NCBI GenBank assembly: GCA_030583725.1
Contig: CP129472.1
Span: 593,902 to 657,901 of the forward strand
Length of the DNA stretch: 64,000 bases
Origin: a bacterium
Lineage (GTDB): Bacteria > Patescibacteriota > Microgenomatia > UBA8517
Reading direction: 5' to 3'
Shown here: positions 48,102 to 58,422 of the stretch, piece by piece
Layout: every line of letters starts with the position of its first letter
Position numbering within the stretch: position 1 is the first letter of the stretch
The notes under the pieces: model-generated
Told to the model about the DNA's origin: nothing
Databases searched by the model: none
The model's input: the letters and a program-made list of their open reading frames with translations, nothing else
Position numbers and translations under genes: made by a program

Positions 48102-49130
48102 ATGGTAAACAATATACACCTAACCAATTTTAGAAATTTTGATAAAAGGACGATTGAGTTTGGTGAAGGAATCAATGTTATAAATGCCCCAAATGCGCAA
48201 GGAAAAACAAACATTCTAGAAGCTATATTCTTTCTTTCAACGGGTAAAAGTTTTAAAGCAAAAGTTGAGTCAGATGCAATAAACTATGATTATGATATTG
48301 CAAGAATCAAAGGAAATGATTTAGAAATTGTATTAACCAGAGGCTTAATTGACATTGGAAAGCCTATTAAAGAGAAAGTAGCCAAAAAGAAGTTAATGGT
48401 TAACGGAGTACCAAAAAGGCTAATAGATTTTGCAGGAAACATCAAGGTTACACTTTTTTCTCCTCAAGACCTTGATTTAGTTACTGGATCCCCATCACTT
48501 CGAAGAAATTTTTTAGATATGGTGTTGTCACAAAGTGACAGGGAATATAGAAGAGCTATTGGCTCATATGAAAAAGGTGTTAGACAAAGAAATAAACTAT
48601 TGTGGAAAATAAGAGAAGAGGGACTATCAAGATCCCACCTTCTTTTTTGGAATCAGCTTTTAATTAAAAACGGGAACTATATTACCAAAAGAAGATTGGA
48701 ATTAATCGAATTTATAAATAGTTTAAAAAAATGCCATCTTGAGTATGACTCATCAGTTATTAGTGAGGGGAGACTAGAACAGTATAAAAATGAAGAAGTA
48801 GCATCAGCAACAACTTTAGTAGGCCCTCATAGAGATGACTTTGTTTTTCTTCAAAAGAAAAGAGACCTTGCAAGTTATGGATCAAGGGGCCAACAAAGGA
48901 TGCAAGTTTTATACTTAAAAATTGCAGAGCTTAAATATATAGAAGAAAAAACAAGCGTAAAACCAATACTTTTGTTAGATGATATTTTTTCAGAACTTGA
49001 CCATAAACATCGCGAAATTGTGATGAATTCTTTTAATAACCACCAAGTAATTATAACCTCAGCAGATGAACACAACTTGCCAAATGTCAATTTAAGTAGT
49101 ATAAAAATAATTAATCTAGAATATGCTTGA
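48102..49130 (+). CDS. recF: DNA replication and repair protein RecF
   Basis: N-terminal Walker A GPNAQGKTNILEA, SMC-like signature, and a C-terminal D-loop DDIFSELD. Confidence 0.85.
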   Translation: MVNNIHLTNFRNFDKRTIEFGEGINVINAPNAQGKTNILEAIFFLSTGKSFKAKVESDAINYDYDIARIKGNDLEIVLTRGLIDIGKPIKEKVAKKKLMVNGVPKRLIDFAGNIKVTLFSPQDLDLVTGSPSLRRNFLDMVLSQSDREYRRAIGSYEKGVRQRNKLLWKIREEGLSRSHLLFWNQLLIKNGNYITKRRLELIEFINSLKKCHLEYDSSVISEGRLEQYKNEEVASATTLVGPHRDDFVFLQKKRDLASYGSRGQQRMQVLYLKIAELKYIEEKTSVKPILLLDDIFSELDHKHREIVMNSFNNHQVIITSADEHNLPNVNLSSIKIINLEYA

Positions 49131-49389
49131 AAGTAATAAACTGATCGTTTTAGGTCACAGAGATAACACTTCGGAAATTGCCACTACAAAATTTCAGACT
49201 TTAAAGCCGAAAGATGGAGATGGGTATACTTGGAGACGCGTCAGAAAAGGTGAGTGGACAAGAATTAGCACCTTACCACCGGACGATATATTTCCCCCTG
49301 AGGCTACTGTCAGCCAAGAAGTGCATGAGCACAGACAAAGGACGACGGGGTCTGGAGCAGCACACACGGCTGAAAAATACGATGATTAA
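49123..49389 (+). CDS. hypothetical protein in a GC-elevated patch
   Basis: 88-aa ORF overlapping the recF end. Local GC content is higher than surroundings. Confidence 0.2.
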   Translation: MLESNKLIVLGHRDNTSEIATTKFQTLKPKDGDGYTWRRVRKGEWTRISTLPPDDIFPPEATVSQEVHEHRQRTTGSGAAHTAEKYDD

Positions 49390-49637
49390 CTTTTCTTTTG
49401 AATCAGTTTAGACAAATTGATTGTGATTAATACCGCTAAAAATGTGACAATAACTGCATAAATAGCCAGTGAAATAATCCCAGAGGCACCTCCTACCAGT
49501 GGTTTTATATACATAGTTACAACTTCTTTAATCAGTTCATTCCATGCAAGTGCTGCAACAAGCCCAAATGCTGATGTAGAAAGCTTTAAAATTTCTTTTG
49601 TTACCTCTTTATGTATTTCTGATTTACTTTTTTTCAT
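49386..49637 (-). CDS. small two-TM membrane protein
   Basis: 83 aa with hydrophobic helices. Confidence 0.35.
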   Translation of the reverse strand: MKKSKSEIHKEVTKEILKLSTSAFGLVAALAWNELIKEVVTMYIKPLVGGASGIISLAIYAVIVTFLAVLITINLSKLIQKKS

Positions 49638-49690
49638 TGTTGTAAACAGTGACTATTCATTTTCCGCATATTTTGCAGTAATATAAATAT

Positions 49691-50755
49691 ATGTATATTC
49701 CTAAATATAACATAACAAACACAATTTTGAAAAATATTGGTCAGGTTGAAGCTTCCAAAGAGGTTATTGAAAATGCTCCACTTGTTCCTACTTATGAAAA
49801 ACAATTTCAAAATGAAGCATATGCAAAAACAATTCATCATGGCACCCACATTGAGGGTAATGAATTAAACTTAATTCAAACAAAGAAAATACTTGAAGGA
49901 CAAGAAGTATATGGTAGGCCTCGTGATATTCAGGAAATAATAAACTACAGGAATGTCATGACACTTCTAGATGAATTAGTTTTTAAAAAAGGAGATTTAG
50001 GTTCAGATATGCTTTTGGATATTCATAAGGCAACTGTTGACAAAATTGTATCTGCAGAAAAAATAGGGGTTTTTAGGAACACACAGGTAATCATTAAGGA
50101 AGAGGGAACAGACAAGGTGGTGTTAAAACCACCCCCATTTGTTGAAGTACCATATTTGGTAGATGATTTCTTTGGTTGGTTGAATAGTGAAAATGCCAAA
50201 GAGCTCCACCCCATCTTAAAAGCAGGAATTGCACACTATGTTTTGGTCGCAATTCACCCCTTTGTTGAGGGAAATGGGAGAACTGTGAGAGCCTTTACAC
50301 AATTAATTTTGATGAGAGAGGGCTATGATATAAAAAGATTTTTTTCACTAGAAGAAAACTTTGATAAAGATTTAGCTTCTTACTATGACGCCTTATTTAA
50401 GGTAGACATCAATGCACAAAATATAGCCCAAAGGGATTTAACCCCTTGGAATGAATACTTTTCAGGTGTTGTGGCTGTAGAACTTAATAAAATAAAGGAA
50501 AAAGTAAGAAAACTCTCATTAGACACTAGAATGAAGGTCAAATTTGGTGAACAGATAGCACTTTCAGAGCGTCAAATGAGGCTTATGGAATATATTTCTG
50601 ACCAAAATGGAGCACCAATGACTGATCTTAAAAGACTAATACCAATGGTTTCTGAAGATACCATTTTACGTGACTTAAAAGGTTTAATAACAAAACATAT
50701 TATTAAAAAAGAAGGAAGCACAAAATCAGCCAGGTATGTACTAAATAAAACATGA
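49691..50755 (+). CDS. Fic family protein (AMPylation/Fic-DOC) with C-terminal wHTH
   Basis: Canonical Fic motif HPFVEGNGRTVRA. Confidence 0.85.
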   Translation: MYIPKYNITNTILKNIGQVEASKEVIENAPLVPTYEKQFQNEAYAKTIHHGTHIEGNELNLIQTKKILEGQEVYGRPRDIQEIINYRNVMTLLDELVFKKGDLGSDMLLDIHKATVDKIVSAEKIGVFRNTQVIIKEEGTDKVVLKPPPFVEVPYLVDDFFGWLNSENAKELHPILKAGIAHYVLVAIHPFVEGNGRTVRAFTQLILMREGYDIKRFFSLEENFDKDLASYYDALFKVDINAQNIAQRDLTPWNEYFSGVVAVELNKIKEKVRKLSLDTRMKVKFGEQIALSERQMRLMEYISDQNGAPMTDLKRLIPMVSEDTILRDLKGLITKHIIKKEGSTKSARYVLNKT

Positions 50756-50955
50756 CACCTAACGACCCGCAATTTTTATATATGATTTTGGTTTTACCAA
50801 GTCTTTTTGGACTAACTTTAATGGGAGAGGGGATCTACAAATGTGCTCATGAGGAGTGGAGTGGCTTAATCTCTATATTTTTTGGATTGTTATTTATAGT
50901 TATGGTCATTTTTGCTTACCTTTTCTTTTCTTCCTATATGACAAGTAGGGTATGA
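50752..50955 (+). CDS. small membrane protein
   Basis: 67 aa with two TM helices. Overlaps fic by 4 bp. Confidence 0.3.
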   Translation: MTPNDPQFLYMILVLPSLFGLTLMGEGIYKCAHEEWSGLISIFFGLLFIVMVIFAYLFFSSYMTSRV

Positions 50956-50984
50956 GATCCAGCACTTGATGCTATAATGGGGTT

Positions 50985-52682
50985 ATGCTTTTTAGTAAAT
51001 TTAGCGAATATCTACAAAAGTTGGAAAAGACTTCTTCACGGCTTGAAATAACTGCAATTTTAAAAGAGTTATTTAAAGAAACTGATGAAAAAGAAATCAA
51101 AGAAGTTGTTTATTTATCTCTTGGCGTTCTAGCTCCAAATTATGAAAGCAAGCTCTTAAACTTTGCTGAAAAAATGGTAGCTAGGTCAATTGCGATAAGT
51201 TATGGCAAAAACCTAGATGAAGTAACTAGAATTTATAAAGAGACTGGAGATTTGGGAAATGTTGCAGAGAGTTTGTCTGTTGAGGGTGGTGGCTTACAAT
51301 CTGAAAAATTAACTGTAAATCAAGTCTTCTCAAAACTTGTTGAGATAGCAAAGGATAACGGTGAGGGATCACAAGATAGAAAGATAGAAAAATTTGCAGA
51401 ACTTTTAAAAAGTCTAGATTCATTATCAGTTAGGTATGTTGCAAGAATCCCAGTTGGTAAACTCAGACTTGGTTTTTCTGAAAAAACAATAATAGATGCT
51501 CTTTCATCTGGAGATAAAGAAAAATCAAAGAATATCGAAAATGCATATAACATAAGGCCCGATATAGGCTACATAGCAGAACTTGTCAAACTTCAAAAAG
51601 TTAAAGAAGCTAAACCTAAAATAGGAGTTCCAGTGGTTCCTATGCTTTGTCAAAGAATAGGAAGTTATGACGATATTATTAAAAAGATGGGAGAAGTTGC
51701 AGTTGAACCCAAATTTGATGGTTTGAGGATATTTATTCACTACAGAAAGAAGGACAATTTCACAGCAGTTTTTACTAGAAATATGAATTCTTTAGACATC
51801 AATATTTTCCCAGAACTTAAAAACTTGGCTAAATACATCAAGGCTGATGAAATAATCTTGGACACTGAGGCTGTTGGACTTGATAGCAAAAGGGAGGGTT
51901 TTGTGGACTTCCAAAAAACAATCGCCAGAAGAAGAAAACATGAGGTCGAAAAAAGCTCAACAGAAACACCACTTCAGTTTCAAGTTTTTGATTGCCTTTT
52001 TGTGAACGATAGAAGTTTGATAAATACTCCATACCAAGAAAGACGAAAAGAATTAGAAAAACATGTTGTTAATGGAGGTTTACTTAGAATTGACGAGTCG
52101 TTGATTACTAAAGATCCAGAAGTTGTCAAAAGTTTACATAACAAGTACTTAAAAATGGGACTTGAGGGTGTAGTTGTCAAGAAAGTTAATGGATATTATG
52201 TTTCAGGTAGAACAGGTTGGAATTGGGTAAAGATGAAAGAGGAGGAGGGGCAATCTGGACGCCTCTCTGACACTCTAGATTGCATTGTAATGGGCTACTT
52301 CACAGGTAAAGGCAAAAGGGCCCAGTTTGGACTGGGAAAGATTTTAGTAGGTATCAAAGATGGAGATTCAATTAGGACTTTAACCAAAGTTGGTACAGGT
52401 TTAACTGAAGTCATGCTTGTGGAAATTAGAAAGCGTTTAGATAATTTAGAAAGTAAAGAGAAGCCAAAAGATTATGAAGCCCAGAAAGACCTAATCCCAG
52501 ATGTATGGGCAATTCCAAAACTTGTTGTTGAAGTTACCGCAGATAGTATTTCAAAAAGTACCAAACATTCATTAGGCTTGTCCCTCAGGTTTCCTAGATT
52601 TATTAAAATTAGGGAAGATAAAGGACCAAATGAAGCAACAACATTGAAAGAATTAAAAGAAATCTCCAAGCTACAAAATTAG
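50985..52682 (+). CDS. ATP-dependent DNA ligase (archaeal/eukaryotic-type)
   Basis: Motif I PKFDGLR (adenylated Lys). 565 aa with OB-fold region motifs. Confidence 0.85.
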   Translation: MLFSKFSEYLQKLEKTSSRLEITAILKELFKETDEKEIKEVVYLSLGVLAPNYESKLLNFAEKMVARSIAISYGKNLDEVTRIYKETGDLGNVAESLSVEGGGLQSEKLTVNQVFSKLVEIAKDNGEGSQDRKIEKFAELLKSLDSLSVRYVARIPVGKLRLGFSEKTIIDALSSGDKEKSKNIENAYNIRPDIGYIAELVKLQKVKEAKPKIGVPVVPMLCQRIGSYDDIIKKMGEVAVEPKFDGLRIFIHYRKKDNFTAVFTRNMNSLDINIFPELKNLAKYIKADEIILDTEAVGLDSKREGFVDFQKTIARRRKHEVEKSSTETPLQFQVFDCLFVNDRSLINTPYQERRKELEKHVVNGGLLRIDESLITKDPEVVKSLHNKYLKMGLEGVVVKKVNGYYVSGRTGWNWVKMKEEEGQSGRLSDTLDCIVMGYFTGKGKRAQFGLGKILVGIKDGDSIRTLTKVGTGLTEVMLVEIRKRLDNLESKEKPKDYEAQKDLIPDVWAIPKLVVEVTADSISKSTKHSLGLSLRFPRFIKIREDKGPNEATTLKELKEISKLQN

Positions 52683-52693
52683 ATATTGACATG

Positions 52694-52710
52694 TGTACAT
52701 AATGTACATA
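52694..52710 (+). promoter_or_regulatory. TGTACA-N3-TGTACA operator/promoter upstream of second vapB-like gene
   Basis: TGTACATAATGTACATA followed by TAAT. Same architecture as at 39624. Confidence 0.45.
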
Positions 52711-52724
52711 TAATAGTTAGTAAT

Positions 52725-53006
52725 ATGAATTACACAGTATCATTTTCAGATTTTAGAAAAAATATTAGTAAATTTTCCGATATGGCAAATATGGGTAAAA
52801 GTGTGACTGTTAACGATGAAAAGAGAGGCGTGCCTCTTTTTAAAATTGTTAAAGCTGATGAAGACAATTTTGATTGGGATGACTATATGAAATTCATTAA
52901 AAAATTGGGAGGGAGTGGATTTTTATCAAGCGATGCCAATATTAAATCGATGAGTAGATTTAGAAACAGTTTTAATAAGAGATTCGAAGAAGCAAGAAAT
53001 AGATGA
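52725..53006 (+). CDS. type II antitoxin (VapB/Phd-like)
   Basis: The internal ATG at 52725 follows the operator. Overlaps the downstream PIN gene by 4 bp. Confidence 0.5.
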   Translation: MNYTVSFSDFRKNISKFSDMANMGKSVTVNDEKRGVPLFKIVKADEDNFDWDDYMKFIKKLGGSGFLSSDANIKSMSRFRNSFNKRFEEARNR

Positions 53007-53389
53007 AAATAATAGTTGATACATCAGTAATTATTGATTACACAAGAGCAAACATTGGATCATTCAATCAACTAATAAGTGATTCAAGGTCTGGAAATTG
53101 TGATTTATATATACCATCAGTTGTAATCACAGAACTTTGGTCAGGTAAAGAAACAAAAAATAAAAAGAATGGAGTAAGGCTAGAAAAGATATTGAGTTTG
53201 TTTAAAATAATCAACCTGGATCAAAAAATAGCAAAACATGCTGGAACAATTTCGAGAGACACTAATATTTTTGGTTTTGATGCCATTATTGCGGCAACTG
53301 CTCTTGAACTAGATGCACAAGTTGCAACAAGTAATACAAAACACTTCACAAAAGTTAAAAATTTGAAATTATATTCTTCAAAGAAATAA
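53003..53389 (+). CDS. vapC: PIN-domain toxin VapC
   Basis: MKIIVDTSVIIDY N-terminus, 128 aa. Confidence 0.75.
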   Translation: MKIIVDTSVIIDYTRANIGSFNQLISDSRSGNCDLYIPSVVITELWSGKETKNKKNGVRLEKILSLFKIINLDQKIAKHAGTISRDTNIFGFDAIIAATALELDAQVATSNTKHFTKVKNLKLYSSKK

Positions 53390-53407
53390 TTATGCTAATA
53401 TTTATTT

Positions 53408-54781
53408 GTGGAAAAGCATTCAATTAACATTCTTCCAAATGCTCCTAGATTTAGAGCTCTGTTGGGTCCTTCATTTATACTCCTTGGTTTAGGTCTAGGT
53501 AGTGGTGAATTTATCCTCTGGCCTTATCTAACTAGTAACTTTGGGATGGGTATTATCTGGGGGGCGGTTTTGGGTGTTACATTTCAATTTTTTATAAACA
53601 TGGAGATTGAGAGATATGCACTAGCTAAGGGTGAGAGTATCTTTGTAGGTTTTGCTAGAAAGTATAAAAATTTACCTTATTGGTTTATTTTCTCAACTCT
53701 TTTAGCTTGGATATGGCCTGGAATTATTGCAACATCTGCAAGATTATTTGGCGAGGTCTTTGCTATTCAGAATATAAACGTCTTTGGCATTATATTGTTG
53801 TTAGTTATTGGCAGTATCTTAACCTTAGGGCCTGTTCTATATAAAACAGTTGAAAAAATATCACTTGTTTTAATTACAGTTTCTGTCCCTGCTATTTTTG
53901 TTTTGGCAGTTTATCTCTCCTCCCGCTCGGACATTATTGATATGTTCTATGGAATGGTAAATTTTGGCAATATCCCTAAGGGTTTACCGCTAGCCTCATT
54001 TTTGGCAGCCTTTGCATTTGCAGGTGCTGGTGGAAATTTAAATCTTGCCCAAAGTTTCTATGTTAAAGAAAAAGGATATGGCATGGGTAAATACGGAGGT
54101 AAAATTACTAGTATTCTAACTGGCGAAGTAGAGGACATATCAATTACAGGAACTGCCTTTGCTGTAAATAGTGAAAATATTGATAGATTTAAAAAATGGT
54201 GGAAAGTAGTTAACCTTGAACACTTTTTAGTTTTTTGGCTCGGGGGAGTTGTGTCTATTTGTATGCTTTCTTTACTTTCGTACTCGACAGTTTTTGGGTC
54301 GGTAAATCTACCTAGTGGTGTTGAATTCATAATTTATGAGGCTGGAGTAATTTCTTCCAGATTGGGGTCAGTCATAGGTATATCCTTTTTATTAATTGGT
54401 GGTTTTATGCTTTTTAATACTCAATTAACAGTGCTGGATGCAACTAGTAGAATAATGGCTGAAAATATGCTGATACTAAAAATTAAAAGGTGGAAAAGTA
54501 TTATGCTTCCTAAAATTTATTATTCATTTTTGTGGCTTCAAATATTGGCAGGAATTATAATTTTTCTTTTTGATTTCGGCCAACCGTTTTTACTTTTGAC
54601 TATTTCCGCTGTGTTAAACGCCGTGGCTATGTTTGTACACATTGGTTTGACCTTAAACTTAAATTTAACTAGTTTAGAAAAAGAGATAAGACCTAATTTG
54701 TTTAGAATTTTGTGGATGGTTGTAGCATTTTTATTCTTTGGTTATTTTTCATACAAAACCATTGTTCCATTATTTTTTTAA
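53408..54781 (+). CDS. Nramp-like divalent metal transporter (distant)
   Basis: 11-12 TM helices. The N-terminal LLGPSFILLGLGLGSGEF...GMGIIWGAVLGV region parallels the Nramp DPGN region. Confidence 0.45.
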   Translation: MEKHSINILPNAPRFRALLGPSFILLGLGLGSGEFILWPYLTSNFGMGIIWGAVLGVTFQFFINMEIERYALAKGESIFVGFARKYKNLPYWFIFSTLLAWIWPGIIATSARLFGEVFAIQNINVFGIILLLVIGSILTLGPVLYKTVEKISLVLITVSVPAIFVLAVYLSSRSDIIDMFYGMVNFGNIPKGLPLASFLAAFAFAGAGGNLNLAQSFYVKEKGYGMGKYGGKITSILTGEVEDISITGTAFAVNSENIDRFKKWWKVVNLEHFLVFWLGGVVSICMLSLLSYSTVFGSVNLPSGVEFIIYEAGVISSRLGSVIGISFLLIGGFMLFNTQLTVLDATSRIMAENMLILKIKRWKSIMLPKIYYSFLWLQILAGIIIFLFDFGQPFLLLTISAVLNAVAMFVHIGLTLNLNLTSLEKEIRPNLFRILWMVVAFLFFGYFSYKTIVPLFF

Positions 54782-57256
54782 TTGATGTTTGAATATTTAA
54801 AACATAAAGGTTTAAGCGAAAAACAGGTTTTAGATCTTAGGAAAACTCATGGTAGGAACGAACTACCTGAGGTTTTGCCTCCTTCAGACTTAAAAATACT
54901 ATTTGATCAAATAAAAAGCCCGCTTGTTTACGTATTAATAGTTGCAGGTACTGTCACAACTTTTCTTAAAGAGTTATCTGATACTTTAATAATTTTACTA
55001 GCGATTATCGCAAATACTGTTTTAGGTTTCTATCAAGAAAGAAAGGCCCACAGGTCACTATTTGCACTTAAAAAGATGGTTAAGTCCTACGCAAAAGTTA
55101 TTAGAAATGGCAAGGTTATTACAATAGAGTCTTTCAATCTTGTACCCTCAGATTTAGTGGTTTTAAACCAAGGGGATAAAGTCCCCGCTGATGGCGAGCT
55201 TATTAGCGCTAATAGAATTTTTTTCCAAGAAGCTATATTAACGGGCGAGTCTGTTTCTGTCTCCAAAAATGTCAAAGATATGGTTTTTATGGGGACAATA
55301 GTGACTGCCGGACAGGGTTTAATGAGGGTTGGTGAAATCGGGGTAAATACAAAAATAGGCCAGATTGCTTTAAAAATACAGACAAAAGAAGAAGATACTC
55401 CATTAAAAAAACAACTTAATACTTTTAGCAAAGGCTTAGCCGTAGTTGTTTTAGCCTTAACAGTTTTTGTTTTTATATTAGGTTCTGCTACTGGAAGAGA
55501 TACTTCTGAAATGTTTAGGGCATCAGTAGCTTTAGCGGTTTCTGCAATTCCCGAAGGACTATTAGTTGCCTTAACTGTTATTTTGGCAATTGGTATGCAG
55601 AGGATACTAAAGAGAAAAGGCTTGGTTAGAAATTTAGTATCCGCTGAAACTTTAGGGGGAGTTACTACTATTTGTTTGGATAAAACAGGAACTCTAACCG
55701 AGGGTAAATTAAAGGTTCTAAAAACAGAAGGCAATTTGGAAGATATCGTTTTGCAGTCGATAGTTGCAAACGACATGGATGACCCAATTGTGATATCTGC
55801 TTTTGAGTGGGCCAAGACTCACTCTAAAATTGATCCACAGAAAATGATTACTAAATATTTACGGATTGACTCAATTCCATTTTCACCTAAGGATAGATAT
55901 TTTACATCGCTTAATAAATTTAATGATCAAAATAATATGATTTTTGTCAATGGTGCACCGGAGTTTATTCTGAAGTGGTCAAACCTAGAAAAGGCCAAAA
56001 AGGAAAAAATATTAAATGAAATAAACAGTCTTACTAAATCCGGAGCCCGTTTGATAGCTTTTGCAAGAAAACAAGTTGATACAAAACAATCTTTATCAGA
56101 CGAAACCATTAAGCAAGGGGGGTTTGAGTGGGTGGGACTAATAGCTTTCGACGATCCTGTTAGGCTTGGCGTTTCTGAGTCACTTAAAAAAGTTATGCGT
56201 GCGGGGATAAATATAGTTATTATTACAGGCGATTACTTACAAACTGCCCTTTCAGTTGCCAACAAGTTAGGACTTAGTTTAAACGAAAACCAAACAATGG
56301 CAGGTGATGAGTTAGCAAGACTTTCAACAGAAGAACTTTCAACTAGACTTAAAGGAGAGAACAGAATATTGCTTTTTGCTAGAACTACTCCTGATCAAAA
56401 GTCCAAGATAGTAGAAAGCTTAAAATTAAATGGTGAAGTGGTTGCTATGATGGGGGACGGGGTTAACGATGCCTTAGCCTTAAAATCTTCAGATATTGGA
56501 GTTGTTGTCGGGGATGCTAGTGATGTGGCAAGAGAAACTGCAGATTTAGTGCTTTTAGACTCAAAATTTGAAACCGTCGTTGCGGCAATAGAAGAGGGTC
56601 GGGGAATATTTGAAAACATCAGAAAAATAATTGTTTATTTAATGAGTAGTGCTTTTAATGCCATTATTGCGGTTTCTGGAGCTATAATATTAGGGTTTCC
56701 CTTGCCCGTAAGTGCTGTTCAGATATTATGGATAAACTTGGTGACGGACGGGTTTCCTGACTTGGCCCTAACCATAGACCCAAAGAGGAAAAATATAATG
56801 AATGAAGCTCCAAGACAAACAAATGAGAGTCTTTTAAACGGTTGGATGAAAGGTTTAATTGCGATAATTAGTGTGTCATCAGGTATTTTGGCACTTTTAC
56901 TTTTCATATATACCTATAGAGGAACAAACAACTTGGCCCTGTCGCAAACCGTAGCCTTTTTGAGTTTAGGGTTTAATTCACTTTTCTACGTTTTTTCAAC
57001 TAGAACCCTTAAAGAGTCTATTTGGAGCCAAAATCCTTTTTCTAATAGATGGCTTCTTGTGGCAGTTTTTGCTGGTGCAATTTTACAGATAGTGCCAATT
57101 ATGAGCTCGTCAACCCGTAGTTTCTTTGGTACGGTTTCAGTACCTATTAATTATTGGGTTTTAATTATATCAACATCACTAGTCACCGTTTCTTTAATTG
57201 AGATTGTTAAAATTATCAATAGACGAACACTTGAGAAAAATGTAATATTAAGTTGA
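54782..57256 (+). CDS. P-type ATPase, type IIA/IIB cation (Ca2+/Mg2+)-transporting
   Basis: Phosphorylation site DKTGTLT and hinge GDGVNDALAL. About 10 TM helices, 824 aa. Confidence 0.85.
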   Translation: MMFEYLKHKGLSEKQVLDLRKTHGRNELPEVLPPSDLKILFDQIKSPLVYVLIVAGTVTTFLKELSDTLIILLAIIANTVLGFYQERKAHRSLFALKKMVKSYAKVIRNGKVITIESFNLVPSDLVVLNQGDKVPADGELISANRIFFQEAILTGESVSVSKNVKDMVFMGTIVTAGQGLMRVGEIGVNTKIGQIALKIQTKEEDTPLKKQLNTFSKGLAVVVLALTVFVFILGSATGRDTSEMFRASVALAVSAIPEGLLVALTVILAIGMQRILKRKGLVRNLVSAETLGGVTTICLDKTGTLTEGKLKVLKTEGNLEDIVLQSIVANDMDDPIVISAFEWAKTHSKIDPQKMITKYLRIDSIPFSPKDRYFTSLNKFNDQNNMIFVNGAPEFILKWSNLEKAKKEKILNEINSLTKSGARLIAFARKQVDTKQSLSDETIKQGGFEWVGLIAFDDPVRLGVSESLKKVMRAGINIVIITGDYLQTALSVANKLGLSLNENQTMAGDELARLSTEELSTRLKGENRILLFARTTPDQKSKIVESLKLNGEVVAMMGDGVNDALALKSSDIGVVVGDASDVARETADLVLLDSKFETVVAAIEEGRGIFENIRKIIVYLMSSAFNAIIAVSGAIILGFPLPVSAVQILWINLVTDGFPDLALTIDPKRKNIMNEAPRQTNESLLNGWMKGLIAIISVSSGILALLLFIYTYRGTNNLALSQTVAFLSLGFNSLFYVFSTRTLKESIWSQNPFSNRWLLVAVFAGAILQIVPIMSSSTRSFFGTVSVPINYWVLIISTSLVTVSLIEIVKIINRRTLEKNVILS

Positions 57257-57273
57257 AGAGGGGGTGATTAACA

Positions 57274-57603
57274 ATGGCAGGAAAAACAGCAACGGGATTA
57301 AATAAAGAAACCTCAGGTGCATTGGCTTATGTTTTAGGGCCAATCACGGGTGTTTTATTTTTAATTCTAGAAAAGGATTCTTTTGTAAGATTTCACGCAA
57401 TGCAATCTATTGTCGTTTTTGTGGGGTTGTTTGCAATACAAGCAATGCTTGGGATTACGATTATCTTGGCAATTTTAGTTCCACTGGTTGGAATTGTTGG
57501 TTTTATTCTTTGGCTTATGCTTATTTATAAAGCTTGGCAGGGCGAAGAGTGGGAAGTTCCATTTTTAGGCAAGTTTGCAAGACAAATCCTTAAGAAAGCT
57601 TAA
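57274..57603 (+). CDS. DUF4870-like small membrane protein
   Basis: 109 aa with three TM helices. FHAMQS motif. Confidence 0.45.
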   Translation: MAGKTATGLNKETSGALAYVLGPITGVLFLILEKDSFVRFHAMQSIVVFVGLFAIQAMLGITIILAILVPLVGIVGFILWLMLIYKAWQGEEWEVPFLGKFARQILKKA

Positions 57604-57636
57604 GCGAAGCTTAAAGATGGCCAGAGAATTACAAGA

Positions 57637-57672
57637 AACTAGTAGCTTTGAATTAGTTGCTAGTTTTTTGTG
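57637..57672 (+). terminator. probable intrinsic terminator
   Basis: AACTAGTAGC...GCTAGTT stem followed by a TTTTTT run. Confidence 0.4.
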
Positions 57673-57691
57673 TGTTAGAATGTAAATAACT

Positions 57692-58165
57692 ATGAAAATC
57701 ATTGTTGGTTTGGGAAATCCTGGAATAAAGTATGTAAACAATAGACATAACATCGGCCATCTTGTTATCGATGCGCTTCAAAATCTAAAACTTAAAGACA
57801 AGATTTTAAAATCTGATAAACATATGAATGATTCAGGTTTGTTTATTAAAAATATAAAAAATAAATATCCAAAAATGCAATTAACTGACTTGTATGTTGT
57901 TCACGATGACTTGGATATACCACTTGGGTTATTTAAAGTTCAATTTGGAAAAGGGCCTAAAGACCATAACGGCTTAAATGATATATATGACAAGTTGGGT
58001 ACAAAAGACTTTTGGCATATAAGGATTGGGGTAGACAATAGAAGTGAAGATCAGAGGTTAGTAACTAAAGGTAAGGACTATGTTTTACAAGATTTTGCCA
58101 AAGAAGAAAAAGCAACAATAGATAGTGTTATTAAACAAATATGCAAAAAATTGGTAGTCTTATAA
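57692..58165 (+). CDS. pth: peptidyl-tRNA hydrolase
   Basis: MKIIVGLGNPGIKY...NRHNIGH N-terminus. Confidence 0.9.
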   Translation: MKIIVGLGNPGIKYVNNRHNIGHLVIDALQNLKLKDKILKSDKHMNDSGLFIKNIKNKYPKMQLTDLYVVHDDLDIPLGLFKVQFGKGPKDHNGLNDIYDKLGTKDFWHIRIGVDNRSEDQRLVTKGKDYVLQDFAKEEKATIDSVIKQICKKLVVL

Positions 58166-58422
58166 CAAAAAAATTTAATCCCAGTGATAGTGATAAGTAT
58201 GTGTCACGCGAATTTCAAAAGTATGCTTACGATTTGGCAGTTGAACTTGATGACTTGCCCCATAAATCCTTATATATGAGACTTGCCAAGAATACTCCCA
58301 GAGGGATATTGGAAACAGCTAGGGGCTTTGTGAGAGACGCTGATAATGCCAAATCTAAGGGGCGCTTGTTTATGTGGAAGTTGAAGCAACTCAAAGTCGC
58401 GAAAACTAACACACAAGCTTGA
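58141..58422 (+). CDS. hypothetical protein with duplicated 3' end
   Basis: 93 aa. The last 18 codons are repeated in frame immediately after the stop codon. Confidence 0.3.
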   Translation: MQKIGSLITKKFNPSDSDKYVSREFQKYAYDLAVELDDLPHKSLYMRLAKNTPRGILETARGFVRDADNAKSKGRLFMWKLKQLKVAKTNTQA

